Below, one piece after another: positions 1-12,800 of a stretch of 64,000 nt of DNA. Origin of the DNA: Saccostrea cucullata (Eukaryota); the NCBI RefSeq assembly GCF_032062105.1, contig NW_026924013.1, positions 124,001-188,000 on the forward strand, written 5' to 3'. The position numbers and the translations under genes were made by a program. The notes below the pieces were generated by a model. It did no database searches and was not told the DNA's origin. It worked only from the letters and a program-made list of their open reading frames with translations. Each line of letters opens with the position of its first letter. Position 1 is the stretch's first letter.

Positions 1-758
1 CACCTTGTTATGTATGAAATATACAAGATGTAGATCTTTGTTAACACATTTGATGAAGAGTGTTATTTCAGTTGCTTTTATTTATATTGTATTAAAAACA
101 ATATATGTTTGTATGTACTGTTTGTAAAATAATTTTAAAAAATGCTTTACAAGTTATAATTAATTTAATTTTTATGAAAGTTTGCTGCCAAAGACAAATT
201 TTTAGTTATCCTATTATCACTGTGGTCAGTGTTTACTTAGATCTGAAAAGTGGGAAAAAATTTATGATAAAATCCTATTAAATGAATTGACATCTTTTCT
301 TTTTTCTGTAATGCTGTTTGGAAAACCTAGTATGTGATACACACTGCTGCAACACGACCATGCACGATTTAAATCAGATTGAAAAAATTAAAGATAACTC
401 TAAAAATGTTAGAATTTACGGTTTTGAGAACATAGAGGATCAAAAGGATGTGCATTTACATCAAACTAAATCTATTATCAGAATATGTATTTCCATACTG
501 AGGTTATGCCAAAAAATGTGGAAAACATAAAAGCTAGCATGAAGAATGACAATTCTTTGTTGGGAAATTAGTTATTTTTTTCCTTTTGTGTTGGAGAGGG
601 TATTAAGTCTTTTAAAACAGGATTAACTTGTGTCCAAACCTATCACTGACAGTGTCTCAATAAAAACTGATTTTAAATCGATGATGATTTATTGTGTAAA
701 ATGTTTTTACAAGTAAAATATAATAAAAGTTGTCTCCCTTTAAATCCGATTAAAGAAT

Positions 759-775
759 TTTAAATATTCCCGCTA
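759..775 (-). promoter_or_regulatory. E2F-like site next to a CHR-like TTTAAA, upstream of CCDC169
   Basis: Minus strand reads TAGCGGGAATATTTAAA about 75 nt upstream of the ATG. A YY1-like AAAATGGCGG overlaps the ATG (845-854). Confidence 0.3.
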
Positions 776-847
776 CTTCGCCTCTCAAATCATAAGCGTC
801 CCATTTACATTGATTATGACGTTTCGTTGGATACAAAGAGAGTCAAA

Positions 848-3800
848 ATGGCGGTCGAAGTAATGGATGACTTCGAACTGGAAAAGTTGAGAGCTGAAAT
901 TCAGCAAGAAAAGCAAATGAAGTAAGTATTTTTAATAAATTGACATAGCATTACCAAACGAATTACTTATATAAAGTTTGGAAGGGTAAATCGATGCCTT
1001 ATTTGTAGAATTATCGGTATTTTTGTCATCGGGCACCTGCTGATGTTTGTGAAAGATAAAAACGCGTTCAAGAAGAATGGCCTCTGGTTTAGACAGTTTG
1101 GCCTGACATAACGATGACTCGCCTTATGCTTTGTTTATATTATTCTATGTTCATTTGAGTGAAGATTTATGTTTTTCCTCAGTGTTATATTTTTGTTACC
1201 AATATATGTCGAATGGTTTTACTATCTTTGATGTATTTTTATGAGCCAGGCGACGAGGTGCATTAATTATAATCAGAGCACCTGTCTTAATTCTTGATTT
1301 TTTTCCTCATGGTTATGAAAACAAATATTTTTACGAGGGGTAGTGATAAATTTAAAATTAAACAATGATTTTTGAATTTTGATTTTTATAGTTATTTTAC
1401 TTATTTTTATTGGGTTGATTGACTTGAATTGAACAAGAGTTTCTTTTGGGTTAAAGTGGTCCTCTTGTCTCTTTCACAGTTAGGGAAACATGTATTCTAA
1501 ATATGGACTCGAAACCAGTACCCCTAGCTAAATAGAGGGTTCGGTTGCTCTACCACTGAGCTATTCAGCCGATGTACCACAGGCATTTGTTTTGTATATG
1601 GGACACCCCATACTTATATTTACCTCAAGGCTCCTAACTCATTTTCAGGCACACCCAGTTCAAACCTGTATTTTGTTAATTTTTCAATCATTAACCCGAG
1701 TACTGTAAAATGACTCTTCAAGAGACTTTTTCCTTGTCAATTAAATTGTTTCAGAAGTCTCTGAAAATGAGTTAGGTACCTTGTGGTAAAAATAAGTAGG
1801 GGGCACCCCATATAAATGAAGTGCCTGTGCAATGTATCCCTATCCCACCACATTCATCCACCCTTTTTCTTGAGCAAGGTTTTCCATCCAAAACCTCACT
1901 AAAAGTTAAATTTTTTCTAAGCCACCCATGGGTTTTGTTGTTGGGAGCTAAATGTAACAAGATGGACAAAAATGACTGCCAGATAGACTCGACTCAAACC
2001 CTGGACCACCTGCTGGCAATTCCTGTGTTCAACCACTAAGTTTATACTGGGCTGACATACATGCAATATATCCCAGTCACAACTATAGCACTCAATGATT
2101 GAACAAATAAAGGTGGGACTATGGTATCTAGGGTTAAAATAAATGAAGAAAGTTATAAGGAATTCCATGCATGAGTCAAACATGCAACTTTCTTTGCTGT
2201 ATGTGTTTTAACAGAGATTAAGTCAAGTAAACAAAGTTTATTATCATGTGGCAAATAATTAACTTCAAATTTAGAGAGTTCCACTACAACAGGATATTCA
2301 GATTAAAGCATGTCTATTGAGCCCCTATCTTTTGCATGTCACTTCATGTCGTTGCATATCTTAAAACAATTGATTAATTGATTGACATTTCCTTTCAATA
2401 TCCTGTCATGGAAAGAAAGGTTCATGGATTGTGAGAGTCCCAATGAACATCAAAATATTATTCAATCTTCATTATATACAAGTTTCTTGTGAAATTATGC
2501 CACCACAATGCAGTACAATCTTGATTTCCCATAAATATTGACCCTTGGATATATAAAAATAATTCCATATACAGTATAATTTTTTCAGACAACAAAATAA
2601 AATATCCTTGAAACTTTATGGTTCTTTTTCAAATATTTAATTGATTAACTTTCAAATGTAGGTATATTCACACAAATACATTTCCCACAATATCTTAATG
2701 AATGCATTATTCATTTATGAAAATTTTCAAAAATCTTAGACAAATATTTGTGTTCTTACTACGATAAAGTGTGTTTCAACAACTTTTTTAAAAAAATTTC
2801 TTGGAATTAACTTTTTTATAGAAATAATGTGAATGACATTGGGCTCAGATTTTTAAAATGTTTGGCTCTTTAAACTTAAAACCCCAATTACTGTACATAT
2901 TTACACTAAGTGTAAGTTTGTTTGATTTTTAGATTACTTATTTATAAAGAGTCAAAATGTATTATATGTAAACTTCTTGTGGGATAAAATAATTGACTTT
3001 TTTGGTTGTTTTAATTTTGGAGTAATTGTGTTTTATTTACTTTAATCTTGCAACAATTACCCATAATCTAGACATTGTTGCATAAATGGCACCTTGATGA
3101 TGTGTTGTTAAAAAGTAATTTTTAAAAATGACTTTTAAAACATTGAAATGTTGGGATTAATTGTTAGAAAGAAAGAGCTGCAGATTACAAACTGGACATT
3201 TGGATTATCTGATCAAGCTCCTCTCCACACACCTCCCCCATCCACCCCCCAAAGCACACATGCACACACATTTATTTAAGACAAAAGATTCATTTACTTG
3301 TGCTTTGTAAGAAAATGACAAAATTTAAACAATATGCAGGATGAATGTCATACTTATACACTTAACTCATTTAAATTATCACAAAATTCTTAAAACACAA
3401 TAATTGACCATGTTACACTTTTTCAGAGAAATGTTGGAGCAGTCAGCTGCTGAATTACGAGCAACAGTGGAGGAACTGGAAAAACGATATGACACTATTG
3501 ACAATGAAGGTATGTCTATAATATAATCATCAGAGGAAAATTTTCTATATGTGAATTAACAAACAAAAAAATTATTTGTACAGTAATACATCTGTGATGC
3601 TTATATATATAAAAAGATTGAATTTTAAAGTTAAAAACAAATGTAATCATTATAAGTATAAAATGCACATCTTTTTAATCCCTGTAAATGTTTAGATTGA
3701 TATTGTGTAGGTGTATTGCACCCCCTCTAATTCTTCCCCTCTTTTCTTTCCCATCAACTCCCCAGTGACCGGTAATTACCAATAGTGTAATTAGCAATAG

Positions 3801-6800
3801 TAGCTAGTGAAATCTTTCTTTAGTACAGATTTATAGTTTTGTGAACAGTAGTTTTGCTAGATTTTTTTTCAATACCTTCATAGTAAATCTAAAATGCTGG
3901 TATATTGTTCATGCCATTTGTTGCAATGTCCATGCTATAAATATCTGATTCTCTAAGGGACATGCAAGTTCCTTTCATGTCTTTTTCTTAGTAATTTTAC
4001 AAGAATTCAAAGTAAAATTCTAGTTTAAGTTTTTTGGTCATCTGGAGTGCATCATCATTTATGGGTCTGATTTTATTTATCAAAGTTATGTTGATACTTC
4101 TTTTCCAGTTATTTTTCTTATTTGTATACAACTGCTACAAAATTTTATTTTGTGAGAATATTAATTGCCTTCTAGTGTGGGCAAATCCAGTACTTTGTTT
4201 TGCTTAATGCATGCAGATCCAATATTTAATTGCTGTGTGGTTCCCTCCATGGAAAAAAAAAATCATTTAAAATCATTAACAACAATAATTAAGCTTGTGT
4301 GTTTTTAGTTATGTCTAGATATATTATTACAGATGGCAAGCGAGATCGCTCGAGTGCATCAAGTTCCGATGATTTGGATTGTAAGAGTAGACGTGTTACA
4401 CCCATACTATAATGGCTGCACAAATTATCCAATATCACTGTCTCATGCTTTTATCAATAAACTACACTTGGGCGGCATAAAACAAATAGATCAAAAGCCT
4501 GCTAAATAAGTTAAAAAAACACATAGATTTAAAATTGACATTGTTTTAGTCAAATTATCACCTTTGGTAGTGAAAAGAATTCAACCGTGTGATTGGGTCA
4601 TTCAAAATTTTGACAAGGGAATTACATATGGTACTGTATTTCAAGAGACAGTGACATGTCAAATGTGTGCAGACATTTTGAAATTTTAAAGAGAATTCTG
4701 AATTGTAGACCTCCCAACTGTTCTTTTTGTCTTAAAGCTAAGTCTCTTGTTTACCCAGATTGAAGTCTTTGCTTGTAGATGCCTGCATGAATACCATTAC
4801 TGAATTTATTTTACCTTTCAGAACCTCTTTTTGTAATCCCTCTTAACAAACTACTAAATGTTTATAAAATTTCATTTCGTTTATATATTTTTTATCCATG
4901 CATGCTGTTCACTTTTTCAGATGATATGATTCTTATTGTTATGTCAGAAAAACCTCTTTTCTTCACTGAAAGAGCTAAATAGTTTCGTTATAATCAATAT
5001 ACCCCGTACTGTAAATGTACATAAATTAGCACACTCAAAATTTAGCACCACAATCACCCTCTTCTACTGTTTAGTGCAGTTTTAAATTTTTGCATCAGAA
5101 TCTAAACAATGTCATAATTTTGTGGACAAGCAGTGCAAAAGGTGCTTAAATATGATTTAATTGTGCTAAAGTAAGTACATTTACAGTAATGCATGATGCC
5201 AGGCTAAGAAACAGTTATACATACCATATTTGCACCAGAAAGCACCTAACCTGCTTGAATTTTTTTTTAAATACTTGAAAATACTAGATGTAGATATCCA
5301 AACTGTCTGATCCTCATAGAAATACAGTTGAACTTTAATTGATATATTGAACTCTGATATCTCAAATACCTTGGATATGTTAAGGAGATTTGGATGTCCT
5401 AAATTCCTTATTCTCAAGAATGACCCTTGATACATTTATTTCTAATCCTTGGATATCTCCAATTTAAGTTTTTTTTTGTACCCTTAGAGTTCAAGACAAC
5501 CAAGTTTTGACTGTATTTACTTTTCCAATATACGATATATGTTCTTATTTGAGTATATTAAAATTTAAGGACCTTCAGCGTTTTGCTAAAAAGTGAGGAG
5601 TTAAAAAAAAACAACCAAAAAAAACCCAAGCTATTACAAACAAAACAGAGGACATTAATCAAAACAATTTGAAGCAACGGTTTGGACCCTTTACAAAATT
5701 GAGGGATTTTTACACATTAATTGTCAGTAAGTTCGGGATATGGAAAAAGTAAAACCTTTTCTAGATGAAAATTGCAACAGGAACACTTATAGGCAAGGTG
5801 GTTAATACTGGAGCAAATTTGGTATTTCTTGAAATTTGTATTCTTATATTGAAAATTATATTTGTAGTAAACAAGTGTGAATCATATGATGATCATTTGT
5901 ATTCAGATACAACTATCAAGTCATTATTTATTAGTACACACAGGATATTTTGTTCATTAATTTTAAATTTTCATAAAATCATGTGAAATGAATCAGTAAG
6001 TACATGTAATTTGCACATTATTATACATTTAAAACACAGACCATCATTTACTATATAGTACTTAACTTTAGATATTAGATTTAAAATACATTTACCCCCA
6101 TTACTTGTCAAATTACAAGATGTTTCCTTTTTTTTCTCAGGGAATGAATGGAAAACACGATACGAGACGCAATCAGAAATTAATGAGCAGTTAGAACGGC
6201 AGATTTTGATGTTACAGAACAAAGTACAAGAAGCTAAAGCCAACCTGAAAGACGGTATGTATCCCAGGGTTCCATAGTCAGGGTTTGTTAATTAATGGGT
6301 GAATCAAGAAATGAGAATCTATCCCAGGGTTATATCAACAAGGTTTGTTCATGGGGGGATCAGGATTTTTTTATGGGTGGATCAAGATATGAATAAAGCT
6401 TCCATTATCTAAAAGTCTGTTGGGACATAATATCCAAAAAATTACAGTGTAACTTGTATTATCCAGATAGTGTGTAATATGAAATTTTGTTTAATATGAT
6501 GTAATATTTATTTGTATTAAATGTTGTCTTATTTTGGAATGTTGTCTAATTCAACCAATTTCTTTAAAACCATTATTAGTAATGTCTGGATTAGGCAAGT
6601 TTTATAGTATTTCACAAAATATGGTTTTTATGAAGATGTTTGAATTCCAGTTTTGATATTACCATAGTTTACAGCAATTTGCTTTTGATTAAACCATGAA
6701 TTACAGTAGGTAACGGTTGAAGTCTTGTGTGAGTATAATTCAGACTGGCTCGGGGTAATAAAAAGATATGTTATTGCATGATAAAAATATACAAGTGCAG

Positions 6801-9800
6801 ATCCATTGCATGACAAAGCATCAGGGTTATGTTCAAAATACATACATATAATCAATACAAGAAACTGAATTTGCATGCACAATGTGGACATCAACATATA
6901 GCAATCTATGGTACTTGAGCATGTTTGAAATTAAACTGTATCTTGATATGATAATGCTGTTTCATAATGCACAAAATCCATTCTGCGATTGACACTGTAA
7001 AAAAAACTGTTAGCATTTTCCCCATTTTGAATGAACTTGTCTGATTTTGTTGTGTAGAAGATTTAGCTGAGTTGGATCTTAGACCGGGGAAGGGTATATT
7101 AAAACGTAGAGGAGGTAGGTCTAGGAGTGACCATCTTGTTACTAATTATAGCTTTCTGTCATCTGGGTCATTTTATCTGACCACCATTTTTTTTTTTACT
7201 TCAGAAGAGCATAGTTTTCTTTTAGGGATCATATTTGATGGCAAATGCTGTTTTTGTGGAAATTTAACACCTTTGCATAATGTACCCTCTTTATAAATTT
7301 GTAACGAAAGGAAGTCATGTAATGTTATATAATATATAATATAAAATATATATATTGTTATAACCAAAACAAAACTTGCAAAGAAAAAAAAACTCAGATG
7401 ACAATCAAGTTTATTAATTTAATTAATTTTAAAAATTATTTTGACATATACTTTGGTACCAATTTGTCTTTTAGATCAAATGTATTTGTTCTCATTAAAA
7501 AAATAATAACTATGATTATTTAAAAGGGTGCACTATGCAAATGTGGAGAAAACATATAATCAGAGACTGTATAGAGCATTAAAGAGGGTGCATGCAAAAG
7601 ACTTGATTTGAAAGATGTTTTTTGTGAGAACTAGAAGGTTGAATGTGTTACCATTTAAGTTTTTTCCCCATTTTTTCCATATAACTCTTCATTAAGCATG
7701 AAATTTTCTATCAGTTTTATTTTCATATTAATTAACAAAAATATAAAATATGATGAAGATATAAACTGATTTCAATTGTTACAACAGTTAACTTATGAAT
7801 AATCTGCATAAAGTGTAAATTCTTCTGATTATGTACATGTATTACATTTTTACTGTTTAAGTATGTTCATTTATAGAACGTAAAAGATTTTATGCATATT
7901 TAAATAAGAAAGGATATTAGCTAATTTGCACTAAATTTCAAAGAATGGAATATGCAGTATATTGGCTATGCAATATGCTATCAACTATTCAATATGTTAT
8001 CAAATGATAAACTTGTTGAATATTGCACAGTGGCTTTCACAGATGAAACCTCTGAAGAGGGAAATGGCAAATGGGTGGATAAATGTATACAAGTGGACAG
8101 AACTAAGTCTAACTTGACAAGTATTTTGAAACCCTCCCCAGGTATATGTAATATTAACATGTGACCAGGCGACTTAACTCAGCCATAACCATACTCCTGG
8201 TCCAACTAGCAGAACTGCATTTTATTGAGTGACAACATTTGCATCAAACTAGTAGAATGGCATTTCATTGAATGGAAACAAAAGCAAGCATGTGAATGCA
8301 TAATGAGCATGTAGTCCTACAAAGGGATTATTTAGCTTATGTACATACTGTGCAAAAATTAACATTCAAAGATGGAAAAGGAGAAAATATTTGCATGGGT
8401 TTGAAATGTGTTAAAACCAACAAAAATCACACAGTAACAATTCTTTTAACTGTAAAAACTCAACAGAATTGACAAATCAGATATCGGTAAAATTCATTAA
8501 AAATCAAATCAATTAAATGTTGTAACCATATTTTGATCTCAATCTGGGAAGAAGTAGAATAAATATGATATGAATGGATAAAAACCCAAAGTTAAAATTG
8601 CATGCTGCTTCAGTTACGTTTTAACCTGCTTTAAAAGATGAAGAAGACAGGGCAGAAGAGATAAAAGTGGTTATAGTACATGTATTTAGTTGCTAAGGAA
8701 GTCCAATAAGGAAAAAAAAATATGTTGAATTGCAAAACTATAATTTTGATGAAGAGTACCTGAGGTTCTAGAATGTGTTCAAATATTAAGTCAAGGAAGA
8801 AATTGATTGAATATTGGAAAGAAACTGTAATAGGTTTGTTTAGTTTGAAGAAATGAAACTACTTGTAAATTGGTTGAAAATATATTAATCAGATTTCTCT
8901 AGAAGACTAATATCAGCATGGTAGAATATTAGATAAAATGTATGACTACCTCTATAGTCTAAAAATAGGTGTATTCTAATATATCCTACAAAAGTTGGAA
9001 GCATGCAACTCACCATGCTCACAAACTTATAATCTTACTGAAACTGATTCTATATTGTACATTATTTTACAACCAAACTAGTAAAAAATATAAGCATAAT
9101 AATAGTATAATAAATCAAGATAATGGAAAACAATTATTCTATTAATTTTTTAAAGTATGAAAACAGGAATATTTAAATTTTTTAATTTCATATTGTACAC
9201 TACATCGTTCTGACATGATAAATAAAATCTGCTTGAATTTGATAATGCATGCTGAAAATGGTGCAGAAACTTTGCTATAATGTTACTTTGAAAAATGATT
9301 GTATGTGTGTAGCAAGCAGTGCGGATTCAAAGAACAGTATAAGGTTTGAAAATCCCGAGGAAAGCAAGAAAAAGCTGGAGAGGACAATTAAAATTAGAAC
9401 CAAGCCTGGTAGCTATCTTCCAGGTAAAGTCTGCATGATGGTCACGTGATCAGATCGAAAATGGTTGCCATTTTGAAAATGGCCATACACTTCATAAGAT
9501 TGGAATCAGCTGTTTTGATACTACCACTAAAGAATCGTATATTTCCACTAAGTATGCATTTTAAAATTGCAGTGCATCTCTTCTCGAGATCTATATGCGA
9601 ATGACTCATTATTATTTTTATTTTAGAACGTACATAATTATAGTTGTGGTATAGTATTAAGCCAGGTTAATGTTTTTGGTGCAGGTCTCATTTCCAAGTA
9701 ACTATAAGCCCTGTATGTTGTATTTACTGTGTATTATTATTATTATACTATCCATCATCATGTTTACCTTGAAATTAGCGTTTTTGACAAGAATTTTGAG

Positions 9801-12800
9801 GGCTTTTTAAATAAAGCAAATTCTTTTTGTGTATGGTAAAAATCTATATCGAAGTACAGTGTGATGATTTCACAAAATACCTACTTAAATGCAGAATAAA
9901 ATAGAATACTTACTAAACCACAAAATAAAAAAAATTTGGACAACAGAGGGGGTAGCAGCTTCATTTGTATGACATTGTAATCAACGTCCAACTTTTCCAG
10001 CACGGGCACACGTAGCAGGTAGGGAATCAGCCTCTCGCTCTAGTGTAGCTAGTAAAGCCATTAGTCGAAGCTCGTCAGGGTCTCAGTACTCCAAACCAAA
10101 CACTGCAGCCACTCAAAAATCTTCGGGGATAACAATCAATCTAACCATCAGTCCTCGCTCCGGGGACTTAGGTAATGGGGGTAGAGGCACAGAGTGACTG
10201 CGACCACTTCATTATTTCCAGTGTTAGAAAGTGTACTTGTATTATTGTAGTTTTAGAAAAATGGTTGACGATGGCATCGGTAAACATGTATATTTGCACG
10301 GTTGTACTGGTTTCTTTGGTAATTTATTAAAATCAAATTGGTCCATTATGAGAATGGGTGTATAGTTTCTGTGAAGTATGCAGTGCACTTTTGTCTAATT
10401 AGGCTACACTGGTCTTATTGATATGTATATATTGCATGACACCTTACTCACGTGTTAGTCACTAGAATCATCGTGTTAATCATGTTTACTGGATGTAGAG
10501 GGCTAGTTGATGGTAAATTTACCTTTTCTGGTGGAAATATTTTGAATGAAATATAGAAATCTAGTTTTACTGAAAAGAAGTTCCTTTCTCGGTGGACTTG
10601 CAGTGGTATGAGATTTTAAGAAAAATAACTTTTCACTTTTTAGCTGGAAAGACGCCTAGAGACCTGAAAAATTTTGATGACCTTTCTGATGTAAGTAAAA
10701 ATGACAAAATTTTTCTAATATCAGAGAAAACAGAAGCAAATTGATAAAACAGTCAAAGTACTCTTGAAACGGTCAAAAAAGTATTACACTAAATTAAGAT
10801 TTCAATCTTTATAAATATGTCATGAAACATTTTTGTGATAAATATGTATAGACATTATATAAGCTGTTGAGTTTTTTGACGTAACAAAAGGCCAATCCGC
10901 ATATGATTCGAATGCTGGAGAAAGAAAAGAACGTTCTTGTGAATCAGCTGAGGGATATGGAATGGAGAATGGACCAGGAATCAAAGGTACATCTACCAAT
11001 CCAGAATTTTATTTTTCACCTTTACATTAAAAGCACTGCACCTTGATATTCTAGGCAAATAAATATATGGTTCGGTCGCTTGAAAAAGAAAAGCAAATGC
11101 TTCAAGGGCAAATTAGAGACATTGAATGGAGACTTGATCAAGAGTCCAAGGTGAGGGTGAACTGGTCTGGTACAATTTGGAGCCTTTGTTGCCATCTTGG
11201 ACCAGGGCAGTTTGTACGCTAGAAAGTCTGTTTCTTTGTACAGTCAAGAATTTGTTAAATAAACATTGTTTTCTGGCAACATTCTGTTTTTTTGGGGGGG
11301 GGATCTAAAAAAAAATTCATTCCTAAAATTGAAACAGACGTTCTGTGTTGTTAGCGCTTTGCATGTTTGTTGTATTCGGATTCATTAACTAGTGCTGTGT
11401 TTTGTTCCTTGTTCAATACCCAATCCTAATTCTACAAAAAATTAACCTTTTTGATAATTTTATGTATGGATTTATATAACTTACATGTACATGTAGTATT
11501 TATATAGAGAAACGGACCTCTTAGTAAATTTTATCCAGAACTATCCCGGAATTACAAATAACTACTGTATTATAAAGCACAAATGCATGTCAAAGTGTAC
11601 ACATTATGCAAATGAAGTAAGAAGTAGCATGTAAACTTGTACAGCTAGCAAAATTACAAAACAGTAGTAGTATGTATAATAATAAACCATGGATAGAAAG
11701 ATTATATTTCACACCTGACGTTTCTAGGCACCTCTGAGAGTGTTCGATTTGCGAGTGTTGCACAGTGAGCGCAATTCACTGTCAAGTTGCGAGTACACTA
11801 CACAAAATAAATTGCTAACGCACCATTCAATATTTTCACCTTCAAATGCGACATCTGCAGATGAAATTGCCTAAATTTTAACACAATTCAAATGACCATC
11901 ATGCACGCAAACTGTTTTTGCGAGGCCGATTGCACACATAACATGTGCTGCTCAGTCATAAGGTTAGCGGTCTACGAGGTGGTCAGAGAGTTTGCAACAG
12001 CGATGTTAACACTGTATCTCAAACAATATCAAGCAAATGTCCTAACCTGTTGCTATTATATATATAGTCATTTAGTGGCTTGGCATCTGGACCTGGTCCT
12101 TCACACCGTCTGTCACAAAGTTACAGTACAATCTTGCAATAGTCGAACCGTGTCTATTCCATGTCTTGTTTACCAAGAATATATTTTTACCTTCTTAATT
12201 TTGTCATAAATACTCTTCAACAAAGAAAGAAAAAAAAATCTTGAATTGTTTCATTTTAAAGAGACTTTTTGCAGACACCATACCAACTGCTCTATTGCGA
12301 TGTTCTGTGGTCGGTTGTTCTGCTGCATTTCTATGAAATGGTTATGCTTCAATTATTATATATCTATGATTTACGGGCTTAGATATTACCTTTCATCATA
12401 GTTACACATATACAGGTATAGGGCCCAAGTCAGATACGTCTTTAACAAATCATAAAAAACAACAACAAAAAAAGAATCATATAAATAATGGTGCGTTAAC
12501 AATTTTGTCTAGTGTATCGTCCTGGGTCTACGGTACTGAGTGGAGAGTGGAGTGATTGAAACTGAAACATTATGTGCTGTTAGGCTTTTGTCACTTAAAT
12601 CTGTCTTGTTTAATTCGTTACATGTAAGCATGTGTTATTAATATTAAAAAAATGTTTAATTTATTTCATAAATGCAATTATGATTCTAAAAGTTAAAACA
12701 TTGCAATCTTTTCGATTCTTAACCACAAATCTTTTCATCTTTATTTACACATGAACTTTTCTTGTTTTTTCTCCTTTTTTAAAAAATGATTTTTAATTGA

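Noticed and set aside
1506-1572. tRNA gene
   Set aside because: A and B boxes are present, but the anticodon arm and acceptor stem do not fold; better explained as a SINE head.
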